Origin: Sediminibacterium sp.
Lineage (GTDB): Bacteria; Bacteroidota; Bacteroidia; Chitinophagales; Chitinophagaceae
Assembly: GCA_965229175.1 (NCBI GenBank)
Contig: CBDDIT010000045.1
Span: forward strand, 25,742 to 89,741
Direction of reading: 5' to 3'
Length of the DNA: 64,000 bases
Shown here: positions 54,901-64,000 of the stretch, piece by piece
Position numbering within the stretch: position 1 is the stretch's first letter
Layout of the letters: every line of letters starts with the position of its first letter
Made by a program: the position numbers and the translations under genes
The notes under the pieces: generated by a model
Seen by the model: the letters and a program-made list of their open reading frames with translations, nothing else
Databases searched by the model: none
What the model was told of the DNA's origin: nothing

Positions 54901-57900
54901 AACTGGTCGATGTGTTCAGGCGAACCTTAATATATGAATAAGCTTGATCTGCTTCAACAAATGCCAAGTCTATCTTTCCATCCTGGTTAAAGTCGCCGGT
55001 TGCTAATAATCTTTTCCTAAGAGTATAGACCTGAATACCATTCGTAGTAAAGTCAAACGAGATCTTTCCCGCAGACAATGTGGTATTTAGATACGTACCA
55101 ATACCAGTAGAACTACTATTAGATACAACAAAATCTGGCTTTCCATCCCCATCAAAATCAGCTACCTGCACATCAATTGGCGAGCTGCCTGCACCGGTGG
55201 TAAAGGTAAGCGGGCTAGCAAAACTGCCGGCAGAGATATTACCCGAACTATGGGTGTTACGGTATATGGCAACCGAATTGGCGGATTGGTTAACAACAAC
55301 AATATCCTGCTTGCCATCGCCATCAAAATCGGCTACCTGCATTTTTACAGGGCCGCTCTCTGTGGTAAAATCAACTTTGGTGGCCAGGCTGCCGCTGGTA
55401 ATGGTGCCGGCCGTGGCAGTATTCTGTAGTACAGAGAAGCTATTGGCCCCGTTATTAACCACCACAAGATCCACTTTTCCATCGGCATTAAAATCTCCGA
55501 AGGCAACATCGGTTGGACTTTGCCCGGTAGCCGTGGCCACCGCTGTTTCCAGGGTGGTAAGGCCACCATCGCCCCCACTATACGTAACATTGAAGGCGGT
55601 ATTGGTGTAAGCGGTATAACCGGTGGTGATATCCGTTACCTGCAGGTTTTGTAAACCGGCGCCGTATGGCACTTGTACCACGAGTGTATTGGTAGACCCC
55701 TGGGTTACCAGTGCCGCAGTTGGGCCAAAATAAACTTTGTTATTGGTAGGTGTTGCATTAAAATTAACACCCTTAATGGTTACGCTAGTTCCTATAATGC
55801 CTGATACAGGGCTGAAGGATACCATTTTCATTAACTTCCGGTTTCTTAATACTGCCAGGCTACTGGTTGTGTTATTAACCATCAGCAGGTCCTGTGCCTC
55901 ATCTCCATCTATATCGGCCATGGCTACCTGGTATGGGCTATTACCGGTAATCGCATAAGAAACACCGGCAGCAAAACTGCTGGTGGTAATATTACCGCTT
56001 ACCTGCATATTACGGAAAACGCTAACCGAACTGCCGCTATAATCGGCTACAGCCAGGTCAAGCCAGCCATCGCCATCATGATCGGCTACCGCTATAGAAA
56101 CCGGGTTACTGCCAGTGGTAAAGCTTACAGGGCCGTTAAAGCTGATGGTACCGGATGAGCCGGTATTGCGCAGAACGGCCATACCCGAACTGCCGGTAAC
56201 CGCCAGGTCGGGCTTGCCATCCTGGTTAAAATCGCCGGTTACTATTCTATTGGAACCCGCTATGGTTGTTGTGGTTGCTTCCGTAGCAAAACTGATGCTT
56301 CCGCTACCCGCTGATGTATTCCGGAAAATCGATAAACTGGCAGAGCCGGTGGCTACTGCTATATCTGTTTTGCCATCCCCATCATAATCGCCGGTTGTAA
56401 TACCCTGTGGATTAGCACTGGTTATGGCTGTATAAGGTGTGGCAAAAGATATGGTTGACGGCCCGGTAGAATTGTTTAGATAAACATACACATTGGTAGT
56501 TCCATTATGGGTAACCGCCATATCCATTTTGCCGTCTTTGTCAAAATCGGCTACCGCAATATTATACGGGGTGGCCAGGGTGGTAAAGGTTACCTGCGTG
56601 GCAAAACTGGCCGCTGTAATGCTGCCGTTAGTAGCCGTGTTGCGTAAAACAGATACCAGGTTACTGCCTTTATTGGTTACCAGTATATCCAGCTTACCAT
56701 CGCCATCCATATCGGCCAGGGTTACTCCCTCCGGTGATGTGCCGACGGTAAAATCAACTTTTGTAGCCAGGCTGCCTGCATCTATCAAATTGGCGGTTGC
56801 GGTATTTTTTAGTACCGAAACGGTTCCGCCGGTGGCATTGGCCACTACTACATCTACTTTACCATCATTATCTATATCACCATACGCCAGGCCCTGCGGT
56901 GCCGACCCCGTGGTAAACGTTTTAAAAGGCATGAAGACGGTATTACCATTATCGCCACCATCATAGGTAATATTGTATGCCGAAGTACTATACGCAGAAA
57001 ATCCGCTGGTGATATCCGTTACCGACAAATTCTGGTAGCTGGAACCATACGGTACCGTTACACTAAGGGTAGTGCTACTGGCCTGGGTTACGGTTGCCGC
57101 TGTGGCACCAAAATATACTTTGTTATTAGTAGCAATTGAGTTAAACCCTACCCCCTTGATGGTTACTGTACTGCCAATAGCACCCTGCACCGGGTTAAAG
57201 GACGTCATGTACATGGTTAACCTGTTTCGCAAAACAGACACCGTGTTACCGGCGCTGTTACTGGTTACCAGGTCCAGTTTTCCATCCCCGTCCAGATCGG
57301 CCATTCCTACGCCATTAGGCGTACTGCCGGTGGCATAGGAAACCATAGCAGCAAAAGTACCGGCACTAAATGTTGATGAAACAACAGCTGCATTGCGATA
57401 TACCATCACGGTACTGTTTGCCGAATTAGCAACCGCCAGGTCGGGCCAGCCATCGCCATCATAATCGCCCGCCGCTATGCGGTATGGAGCGGTACCTATG
57501 GCGATGGTTACCTGCGTCTGAAAACTGAAATTACCGGCGCCTGAACTGGCATTGGCTAACAAACTTATACTTGTGCCTGCTGAATTGGTTACTGCCAGAT
57601 CTATTTTTCCATCCCGGTTAAGATCTGCCGCTACAATCCCGCGTGGTGTAGTGCCTACGGTAAGGGTATTGAAAAGCGTAAACCCAATGAGTCCATAGCC
57701 GGTGGAAGTATTCTGGAAAATTGATACGGTACCGGCACCGGAATTAACCACGGCTATATCCGTTTTTCCATCCCGGTCAAAATCGCCGGTGGCTATATCT
57801 GCAGGCGTTGTACCTGCCGTATACGTACTTGATGAGAACGATATCCTACCAGGGGCAATGGACGTGTTCATAAACACGGTAATGCTATTGGCAGTGGAAT

Positions 57901-60900
57901 TGGATACTACCATATCCATTTTGCCATCGCCATCAAAATCACCAGTGGCTACATGGTTGAGTGAAGAGGCGGTTGCAAAAGTAAAGGCAGTTGCAAAACC
58001 AGCGGCTGTAATATTCGCTCCCGCTGTTGTGGTATTGAGCAATACGGTTACAAAACTGGAACCGCCATTGGTAAAAGCTATATCCAGTTTTCCATCCCCA
58101 TCAAAATCGGTCACATTTACACTATTGGCACCCGTGCCAGCTCCGCTTGTGGCAAAACTAACCTGTGTATTAAAACTACCTTTGGCATTAATATTACCCA
58201 CGGTAGCTGTATTTTGGAGAACAGACACGCCATTGGTTGTATTATTAGCGGTTACCAGGTCTATTTTACCATCCAGGTTCAGATCTCCATACGCCACATC
58301 CTGCGGGGCGCTACCTGTTGCAAATGCCTGCTGCCCCATGAACACGGTATTGCCGTTCTCGCCCCCGCTATAAGTAATATTATAGGCGGTATTGGTATAG
58401 GCGGACAAGCCCGATGTGATATCAGTTACCGATAAATTGCGGTAGCTGGCCCCATAAGGCACGGTTACTACCAGGGTGTTGGTACTACCCTGTGTGATGG
58501 CTGCCGCAGTGGCGCCAAAATATACCCTGTTATTGGTGAGTGTTGGATTAAAATTGGTTCCTGTTATGGTTACCGTACTGCCCACCGCACCCGCTGTAGG
58601 GGTAAACTGGGTGATGGTCATGATAAGCCGGTTTCTTAACACAGACAGGGTGGCGCTGCCATTATTGGCCACTACCAGGTCCTGTTCCCCGTCTCCATCC
58701 ATATCGGCAAAACCTACGCCATTGGGGGTAGTTCCGCTTGCGTAGTTTACACGGGTGGCAAAGCTGCTGGCAGTAATGTTGCCGCTAACGGAAAGATTTC
58801 GGAGGATGCTCACATTGGCGCTGCCGCTGTTGCCCGCCGCCAGGTCCAGCCAGCCATCTCCATCATAATCGCCTGCAGCAATAAACAATGGTGTGGTTCC
58901 CACGCTCAGGTTAACGGCGGTACCAAAGCCAATACTACCCGCGCCTGAGCTTGTATTTTGCAGGATGGCTACGTTTGAACTGCCGGCAACAACGGCAATG
59001 TCTGGCTTACCATCCCTGTTAAAATCACCCGACACAATGCCGGATGGGCTTGTACCCGCTGCGCTATTGGCTGCAGTGGCAAAACTTACACCGCCGGCCA
59101 CGCCGTAATTGGCGCTGGTATTTCTAAATACGCTGATCGTTGTAGTTCCATTATTGGCCGAGGCGATGTCTGGTTTGCCATCCCCATCAAAATCATCCGA
59201 TACCAACGCGAATATCGTGGCCGGTGCAGTAAGCGTTAGGGTATTGGTAAAGCTGAGCGTATTACCCGATGACAAATTTAAAAACAGTATGATGCTATTA
59301 TTGGTGCTGTTGCCCACTGCTAGGTCTGCCAAACCGTCTCCATCATAATCTGCTATGGCCAGTGCGCGTGGTAGTGTTCCCCCGCTTGAAAAGGTAAACT
59401 GCGTGGCAAAGCTGCCCGCGGTTATACTACCCTGGGTTGATGTGTTCCTGAAAACAGACACCGTATTATCCGTTGCATTTAACACAATGATATCCAGTTT
59501 TCCATCGCCGTTTATATCTGCCAACCTTACGCGCTGCGGCCCGTTGCCGGTGGCAAAACTTACCTGCGTACTAAAGCTGGCCGGGCTGGCTATTACACCT
59601 GCCGTTGCGGTATTACGAAGTACCGAAATAGTATTACTACCCTGGTTTACGTTTACAATATCTATTTTACCATCCTGGTCAAGGTCGCCAAATACTGCCT
59701 CTACCGGGTTGGTACCCACCGCAAAGGTTTGCTGGCCCATAAATATCGTCGCCCCATTATTTCCGCCGCCATAGGTTGGGAAGAATGAGGTAGTACTGAA
59801 AGCCGTTAACCCCGTAGCAATATCCGTTACGGAAAGATTCTGGTAGGATGCGCCTATGGGGGCCGTTACTGAAAGGCTTGTAGTAGATCCTGATAAAACG
59901 GTTGCAGCTGTAGCACCAAAATATACCACATTACTTGATGTGGTTGCATTAAAATTTCTTCCAGTAATGTTTACCACCGTACTGCCAGCAGTTCCTGAAC
60001 TTGGCGCAAAAGAGGTAATAGCTATCGGCGTATAATTTCTGCGTACCGATATAGTATTGCTTCCAAAGTCGGCAGTTACAATATCCTGCTTTCCATCTCC
60101 GTTTATATCGGCAAAAGCTACCTCATACGGGGTATTGCCCGTAGGATACACTGTGGCAGTAAATGTATTGGCATTGAAAGCCCCCGATGTTGAAGTATTC
60201 CGGTAAACAGCTAAGCCATTGCCTACAGCAGCTACCACGGCAATATCTACCTTGCCATCCCCATCATAATCACCCGAAACGATACCACGTTGGGTACTAT
60301 ACACTGAAGTAGCATAGGGTATATCCTGCTTAGCCTGGAAGCTTATTGTGCTGCCCGAACTGGTATTCCTGTAAATGGCAATGCTCCTGTCGCCCGAACT
60401 ACCATTACTTAAAGCTATATCCAGCTTGCCATCTGCATCATAATCACCCACAGTTATCTGGTCTGGAAAAGCAGTAGTACCAAAATTTACGGCAGCAGCA
60501 AAGGTCATGGCTAAGCCTATGGCACCCGAACTGGTGTATACATTGCGGAATACTTGTAACCCCGATGTGCCGTCAATTGTTGCCCAGTTGGTTACCGCTA
60601 CATCCGTGTTGCCATCTCCATCAAAATCCCCCGCTATTATCGATTGGGGATTGCTTCTTGTAACAAGCCTTACAACCGGTAGAAAGGCGATAGTACCTAC
60701 CCGGGAGGCATTGGTTAAAAAGTAGGCCCGGTTATCCGTACTGTTTACAAACACTATATCTGGCTTACCATCCTTATTGAAATCTGCAATATCCAGCGAC
60801 TCAAAAGAACTGGAGATACTGGCAAGAACATCTCTACTTGGAAAACTTATACTGCCTATTGTACTTTGATTACGGGAAACTAAAAGATTACCAGCTGCTA

Positions 60901-63900
60901 CTTTAGTAGTATATACAATATCTAAATTGCCATCGCCATCCAGGTCAACCAACTTGATCTTGCTAACAGGGGCGGTTGCAGTAAAAGTAGTTATTGTTAA
61001 TGCGGTAAAACTAATAACAGAACTGGTGCTCGTATTCAGGTACACCTTCACCCTACTGGTGGAACCAGAAGCACTATCCGCAGTTACAATATCTATCTTA
61101 CCATCACCATCCACATCCCCATACGCAATAGCCATAGGATTGTTTACTCCCGTAAAGGAAACACGGCCCGCAAAACTACTATATGCTGTTCCACCCGATC
61201 CGCCAGCATAGGTTACCAAAAACGGACTGGAGAAACCGGCAGTATAACCCGTTGCCGTATTAGCCACCGTTACATTCTGGTAAGAAGCTCCGGTAGGTAC
61301 CGTTACCTTTAACGTGGTGGTACTGGCCTCCGTTACAGCGGCGGCTACCGCACCAAAGAATACTTTGTTATTAGCGATATTATTGGTGAAACTATTACCG
61401 CTGATCGTTACGCTACTGCCTATCGCACCCTGTAAAGGACTTATACTGCTGATATTGGCTTGTATATCGATATTCTCTGCGACATTGATTCTATTAGAAG
61501 GCGTACCTGAATAATAAGCAATATCAAGCCTGCCATCACGGTTCAGATCCTGCAATACAAAACCACCAGGGGCTGCGCCAGTCAATACCTGCTGAAACAA
61601 AAAGCTACTCGATGAAAAAGCACCGACAGATGCAATATTGTTTCGAAATACAAAGAAAACATTCGAACTAGTAGTATTAGCAATAATATCTATTTTACCG
61701 TCCCCATTATAATCACCCGAACTCACGCCTCTAAGACTACCAACATTAGGCGAAGCACTGAAATCATAGGCAACAGGTGTATCAAAACTAATGCTCGTTG
61801 TAGACGTATTACGCAAAAAATAAACAGCTTGCTCCGAAGTACTAACAGCCACCAGGTCTTCAGCACCATCTCCATCATAATCGCCACTGCTAAGATACAA
61901 TGCATTACCAGCTCCTACTCTTGTGTTAATAATGTTTGTGAAACTAAGATTACCGGGTATACTATTATTCTTATAAACGAAAAGATTATTGCCACCGGGA
62001 TTACTGCTGCCTGCTGCCAGATCTACTTTGCCATCCCTATCAAAATCTACTGCCCATATTCCGTAGGTTCCTGCACCAGCATTAATCATGGTAATATCTA
62101 CACGAGAAAAGCTTAGGTTACCGCCACCCGAACTGGTATTAAGAAAAATACTACCAATAGTACCCACACTATTTGATACCGCGACATCTACATTTCCGTC
62201 GCCATCAAAATCTGCCGTTACTACCCGGAATGGAGCTGTATTGTTAGGACCGGTAGTCAAGGTAAGCGCGGAGGAAAAACTGGAAGAGTTGATGACTCCT
62301 GCCGTAGCGGTATTACGAAAAAAATTAAGCGTACCGGCAGATGAATTACCAACTACCAGATCAAGCTTGCCATCATTGTTAAAATCTGCCTTACCTAAGG
62401 GAACGTTAATTGTTGCAGTATAACCGGTTGGAAACAATGTTTCGGTAAAACTGGTAGTACTTAATGGTACACCAGCTGCAGAAGTATTGCGGAAAAAAGA
62501 CAAGTTAGTGGAACTCGCTTGCATAACAAGGTCTACAGCTCCGTCTCCATCAAAATCACCGGATTCTATCAAACTCGAATTGATACCATATGTAGCTATC
62601 GTATAACCGGTATTCTGAATATTCTGGCGGAAACCGGCTGTATTACTAATACCCGTAAACGTAGGTACAAACCTGGATGAACTACTGGCACTACCATTTG
62701 TTTCTGTATTTACCACCGTTATATAATCCAACGATGCTCCCAAAGGCACTGTTACCGTTAGACTGGTTGCGGTAGCTGCGCTTACCGTAGCCGCCACACC
62801 GCCAAAGTATACCGTATTGCTGAGCTGGTTATTGGCATTAAAACCAGTACCCGTTATTGTTACAGAAGCTGTTCCCGGAACTCCGCTCTGCGGGCTAAAA
62901 GAAGTTACCGTAACCGGTACTGTATTTCTTAATACCGATATGGTATTACCCCCAAAGTCTGCGGTTGCGATATCCTGTTTACCATCCCCGTTAATATCAG
63001 CAAATGCCACATCATACGGGGTAGTGCCCGTAATAAATACAGTGTTGGTGAACGTACTGGCACTAAAGGCTGCTGATGTTGTTGCTGTATTGCGGTACAC
63101 TGCTACGCCATTGCCGGTAGCTGCTGTAACGGCTATATCTATCTTTCCATCACCATCATAATCACCCGAAGCGATACCACACATGATGCTAAATCCGGCA
63201 GTTCCTACCGCAAGGTCTACTTTGCCCTGGAAACTTATCGTACCCGGTGACCCGGTGTTCCTGTATATAGAAATAGAATTGGTAGTGATATTACTTACCG
63301 CTATATCCAGCTTGCTATCTCCATCATAATCGCCTATCGTTAACTGGTTGGGCTGGTTATCAAGCGTAACCAAGTTCACAGCTCCCGCAAAAGTTAACGC
63401 TACCCCTATTGCCCCCGAACTGGTATATAGATTACGGTATACCTGTATGCCAGTGCTTGCTGTTGATCCCCAGTTGGATACCGCTACATCCACATTGCCA
63501 TCACCATCAAAATCCCCGGCTACTACCGAGCGCGGATTGGTGGATGTTGGCATACCTACATACCTGATAAAGCTGATGTTTCCTACCGTTGAGATATTGG
63601 TTAAAAAGTAAATATTGTTATCCCGGGTACTGGCAAGCACAATATCTGGCTTGCCATCTTTATTAAAATCAGCAAAATCAAGCGACTGGGATGTCACGTT
63701 TACGCCACCAATACTGATCCAGCTGCCAAAACTGATATTACCGGTTGTACTGGTATTAAGCGCTGCAGCAAAATTAGTACCGCTCGTATTCGTCGAGACG
63801 GCAATATCCAGCTTTCCATCACCATCCAGGTCTACCAACCGGATACGGGTAATAGGAAGGCGGCCAGTTGTATTAGTTGGCGTTAGTGCCGTAAAACTGA

Positions 63901-64000
63901 TCACCGAGCTGGTACTGGTATTCAGGTACACCTTAATGCGACTGTAACCGCCAGTATTGATACTATCTGCTGTTACTATATCTACCTTGCCATCATTATC
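51920..64000 (-). CDS. N-terminal/central portion of the giant T9SS adhesin (5' end outside the window): tandem seven-bladed FG-GAP/VCBS propellers separated by IPT/TIG domains
   Basis: The frame stays open from 63931 to the window edge; my translation of 64000->63932 is DNDGKVDIVTADSINTGGYSRIK, continuing the repeat. There are 61 DxDxDG blades of the form ..FRNT...SF.....G..P..v..GDFDGDGK.DIAV.N. Eight IPT domains of the form ITSF.P..G..GS.VTI.G.NFN....NN.VYFGATAA.V...S...L.V.VP.GASYQNLSVTD lie at 62657-62914, 61208-61459, 59771-60025, 58370-58621, 56963-57214, 55580-55831, 54173-54424 and 52727-52978. The ORF has no CTD and ends 31 nt after the G12 tract (the stop codon is 51920-51922). Confidence 0.85.
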   Translation of the reverse strand, partial: DNDGKVDIVTADSINTGGYSRIKVYLNTSTSSVISFTALTPTNTTGRLPITRIRLVDLDGDGKLDIAVSTNTSGTNFAAALNTSTTGNISFGSWISIGGVNVTSQSLDFADFNKDGKPDIVLASTRDNNIYFLTNISTVGNISFIRYVGMPTSTNPRSVVAGDFDGDGNVDVAVSNWGSTASTGIQVYRNLYTSSGAIGVALTFAGAVNLVTLDNQPNQLTIGDYDGDSKLDIAVSNITTNSISIYRNTGSPGTISFQGKVDLAVGTAGFSIMCGIASGDYDGDGKIDIAVTAATGNGVAVYRNTATTSAAFSASTFTNTVFITGTTPYDVAFADINGDGKQDIATADFGGNTISVLRNTVPVTVTSFSPQSGVPGTASVTITGTGFNANNQLSNTVYFGGVAATVSAATATSLTVTVPLGASLDYITVVNTETNGSASSSSRFVPTFTGISNTAGFRQNIQNTGYTIATYGINSSLIESGDFDGDGAVDLVMQASSTNLSFFRNTSAAGVPLSTTSFTETLFPTGYTATINVPLGKADFNNDGKLDLVVGNSSAGTLNFFRNTATAGVINSSSFSSALTLTTGPNNTAPFRVVTADFDGDGNVDVAVSNSVGTIGSIFLNTSSGGGNLSFSRVDITMINAGAGTYGIWAVDFDRDGKVDLAAGSSNPGGNNLFVYKNNSIPGNLSFTNIINTRVGAGNALYLSSGDYDGDGAEDLVAVSTSEQAVYFLRNTSTTSISFDTPVAYDFSASPNVGSLRGVSSGDYNGDGKIDIIANTTSSNVFFVFRNNIASVGAFSSSSFLFQQVLTGAAPGGFVLQDLNRDGRLDIAYYSGTPSNRINVAENIDIQANISSISPLQGAIGSSVTISGNSFTNNIANNKVFFGAVAAAVTEASTTTLKVTVPTGASYQNVTVANTATGYTAGFSSPFLVTYAGGSGGTAYSSFAGRVSFTGVNNPMAIAYGDVDGDGKIDIVTADSASGSTSRVKVYLNTSTSSVISFTALTITTFTATAPVSKIKLVDLDGDGNLDIVYTTKVAAGNLLVSRNQSTIGSISFPSRDVLASISSSFESLDIADFNKDGKPDIVFVNSTDNRAYFLTNASRVGTIAFLPVVRLVTRSNPQSIIAGDFDGDGNTDVAVTNWATIDGTSGLQVFRNVYTSSGAIGLAMTFAAAVNFGTTAFPDQITVGDYDADGKLDIALSNGSSGDRSIAIYRNTSSGSTISFQAKQDIPYATSVYSTQRGIVSGDYDGDGKVDIAVVAAVGNGLAVYRNTSTSGAFNANTFTATVYPTGNTPYEVAFADINGDGKQDIVTADFGSNTISVRRNYTPIAITSFAPSSGTAGSTVVNITGRNFNATTSSNVVYFGATAATVLSGSTTSLSVTAPIGASYQNLSVTDIATGLTAFSTTSFFPTYGGGNNGATIFMGQQTFAVGTNPVEAVFGDLDQDGKIDIVNVNQGSNTISVLRNTATAGVIASPASFSTQVSFATGNGPQRVRLADINGDGKLDIIVLNATDNTVSVFRNTSTQGSITAGSFATQFTFSSGGTLPRALAIADYDGDGLADLAVGNSTNNSIILFLNLSSGNTLSFTNTLTLTAPATIFALVSDDFDGDGKPDIASANNGTTTISVFRNTSANYGVAGGVSFATAANSAAGTSPSGIVSGDFNRDGKPDIAVVAGSSNVAILQNTSSGAGSIGFGTAVNLSVGTTPLFIAAGDYDGDGWLDLAAGNSGSANVSILRNLSVSGNITASSFATRVNYASGTTPNGVGFADMDGDGEQDLVVANNGSATLSVLRNRLIMTITQFTPTAGAVGSTVTITGTNFNPTLTNNRVYFGATAAAITQGSTNTLVVTVPYGASYRNLSVTDITSGLSAYTNTAYNITYSGGENGNTVFMGQQAFATGSAPQDVAYGDLNLDGKIDLVTANNTTNGVSVLQNTATVGNINAKGSFNTQVSFATSGAGTGANSVNVTDFDGDGKLDIAFTNGGSSFVTVLLNTTTAGANITAAGFATAFTFATASSLNHVATGDFDGDGKMDMVVSNSTANSITVFMNTSIAPGRISFSSSTYTAGTTPADIATGDFDRDGKTDIAVVNSGAGTVSIFQNTSTGYGLIGFTLFNTLTVGTTPRGIVAADLNRDGKIDLAVTNSAGTSISLLANASSGAGNFSFQTQVTIAIGTAPYRIAAGDYDGDGWPDLAVANSANSTVMVYRNAAVVSSTFSAGTFAAMVSYATGSTPNGVGMADLDGDGKLDLVTSNSAGNTVSVLRNRLTMYMTSFNPVQGAIGSTVTIKGVGFNSIATNNKVYFGATAATVTQASSTTLSVTVPYGSSYQNLSVTDITSGFSAYSTSAYNITYDGGDNGNTVFMPFKTFTTGSAPQGLAYGDIDNDGKVDVVVANATGGTVSVLKNTATANLIDAGSLATKVDFTVGTSPEGVTLADMDGDGKLDILVTNKGSNLVSVLRNTATNGSITAASFATQVTFTTLATPYNIAVADFDKDGKMDMAVTHNGTTNVYVYLNNSTGPSTISFATPYTAITSANPQGITTGDYDGDGKTDIAVATGSASLSIFRNTSAGSGSISFATEATTTTIAGSNRIVTGDFNQDGKPDLAVTGSSGMAVLRNTGSSGTISFNGPVSFTTGSNPVSIAVADHDGDGWLDLAVADYSGSSVSVFRNMQVSGNITTSSFAAGVSYAITGNSPYQVAMADIDGDEAQDLLMVNNTTSSLAVLRNRKLMKMVSFSPVSGIIGTSVTIKGVNFNATPTNNKVYFGPTAALVTQGSTNTLVVQVPYGAGLQNLQVTDITTGYTAYTNTAFNVTYSGGDGGLTTLETAVATATGQSPTDVAFGDFNADGKVDLVVVNNGANSFSVLQNTATAGTITSGSLATKVDFTTESGPVKMQVADFDGDGKQDIVVVNQSANSVAIYRNTHSSGNISAGSFASPLTFTTGAGSSPIDVQVADFDGDGKPDFVVSNSSSTGIGTYLNTTLSAGKISFDFTTNGIQVYTLRKRLLATGDFNQDGKIDLAFVEADQAYSYIKVRLNTSTSYGSIRFVGGEYVLGSSEAFSGITVGDFNQDGLPDIAASSYGKVSLVTNTNTVAGTLSFDSGIGISIANGGVAIVAGDYDGDGKTDLALNNAWAGAFLLRNTHQTPGTSLTTASFATAYAYTGTSNYTVAFADIDGDGRQDLVASNNLLSSVSVLRNRLVMSITSVTPIAGPVLGNVTINGNNFNTTAANNRVFFGATAATVTAASINTLTVTAPYGTSYQNITVTDINTGYTAFTSIAYNVTYSGGDAGNTTFASPVLFSSVGSKDVAYGDFDGDGKVDIVAANGTGGNSISVWRNTATTGSINSSSFAAALSFAAGNNPTGVTVADYNGDGKLDIAVTNKGDNTVSVYLNTSSSGSISFATQLVLITRANPCAITSGDFDGDGKTDIALCNMGSNLDNTETVSVFLNQSSLTGLSFAVKSDFYIGSYLYNRSPVSMIAADLNGDGKLDIAVAGGPLGTGDFIYLLRNTSSGTMSFDAAVRLDTSDLGGPNSLASADVNGDGKPDLVAASYYGSIGYAGVAILQNNSSTGSFTTGSFGTAVVIFSSASPVSVAVGDYDGDGKVDIVAADPTNQGIVILRNTNSANASITAASFSPMQLFKSINSSDPYGIGLADFDNDGKLDIVVGNGDAMGVAVFRNKPVLSISTITPVTGTIGTSVIINGSGFNATPGNNAVYFGPVKAQVVTGTTSSLTVNVPYGTAYKDISVTDISAGYTAYSATSFAVTYAGGSNGNTSFLSKVDFTLPGTARAVAYGDIDGDGKIDIVTATDGGVAVLRNTATKGSISTTSYDAPVTLSATPATSVLVADFDGNGKLDIAVTNTGSALATVYLNTATSGSITAGSFASAFTVTLLNNAEQAGAGDFDSDGKIDLVTMGSSGISVYLNSSTDVGSLSFRSRYLLSDAKGIQSGKRFTINDFDGDGKLDLAACTTSQTIYLYRNTSNGIGGITFTNRVTYVANGVGARVITSGDFDGDGKIDLAIGGGGHHLKYLCSVI
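51953..51964 (-). repeat. Homopolymer C12 on the plus strand (G12 on the coding strand) at the junction of the two giant ORFs
   Basis: By direct count, tgcccccccc|cccc gives 12 C. This is the longest homopolymer I noticed in the window. It encodes GGGG in the upstream ORF frame. Confidence 0.95.

Larger units (their letters stand above)
51585..64000 (-). repeat. Super-repeat of (7 FG-GAP blades + IPT domain) with a period of 1383-1449 nt and at least 9 propeller modules
   Basis: The spacings between IPT domain ends are 1449, 1437, 1401, 1407, 1383, 1407 and 1446 nt. I counted exactly 7 DxDxDG motifs in each of the 5 complete inter-IPT modules that I tallied blade by blade, and in the edge module. 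Confidence 0.8.

Noticed and set aside
40297-63947. Dozens of plus-strand ORFs of 60-223 aa lie inside the giant genes, for example 40297-40857, 45297-45806, 51145-51798, 55080-55610, 56493-56966 and 57702-58373.
   Set aside because: All are antisense to the repeat-encoding minus-strand frames. The biased codon content (GTN/ACN/GCN/GGN-rich) leaves the opposite strand free of stops. Their translations are low-complexity mirror images of the repeats (VAV..TV..LP.L) with no independent signals.
1-64000. Mobile-element or defence-island content: transposase, integrase, restriction-modification, CRISPR-Cas, abortive-infection genes, tRNA or rRNA genes.
   Set aside because: No ORF shows DDE, tyrosine- or serine-recombinase, Cas, methyltransferase-endonuclease or similar motifs. 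No intergenic segment looks like a tRNA cloverleaf. The only toxin-antitoxin-like trace is the MNT fragment at the left edge.

Overview
The window looks like a Bacteroidota chromosome, probably Chitinophagaceae-like. That guess rests on gene content, T9SS cargo domains, TAnnTTTG-type -7 boxes and leaders without Shine-Dalgarno sequences; it is not a database result. Region 1-34 kb is mostly intact housekeeping. It holds two pseudouridine synthases, an amidohydrolase, a 1-Cys peroxiredoxin, dinB, rimM, rpsP, ffh, rpoD and an LptF/G-family permease. It also holds a Tat-signal SOD plus OsmC, a 1086-aa PD40-propeller/amidohydrolase fusion, a CDF transporter, an M20 dipeptidase, hslR, trmD, ade, upp, an isolated PorP/SprF gene, mpg, bshA and a class-III aminotransferase. 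Within this stretch sit one heavily decayed M28 peptidase pseudogene (30.07-31.43 kb) and a 727-aa SprB-repeat T9SS cargo gene lying between ffh and rpsP. Region 34-39 kb looks AT-richer by eye. It carries DUF3050, YceH/DUF480, a frameshifted orphan response regulator, a membrane protein, DUF805 and a frameshifted OmpA-family gene. Region 39-64 kb is the main finding. Two abutting minus-strand ORFs (4287 aa and more than 4003 aa, the latter open through the right window edge) appear to be one adhesin gene of more than 8300 codons, split by a 12-nt poly-G (plus-strand poly-C) tract at 51953-51964. The reconstructed architecture has at least 9 tandem seven-bladed FG-GAP/VCBS propellers (63 DxDxDG blades) separated by 8 IPT/TIG domains. 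These are followed by about 45 Ig-like (BIG2/MBG-like) units, a PKD-like domain and a T9SS type-B C-terminal sorting domain. The poly-G tract falls inside the last propeller, with 5 blades before it and 2 after it. This supports either phase variation or a homopolymer assembly error. By eye I found no rRNA, tRNA, CRISPR array, transposase or integrase. Several other frame disruptions also sit at homopolymers, so assembly quality needs checking before any of them is read biologically.
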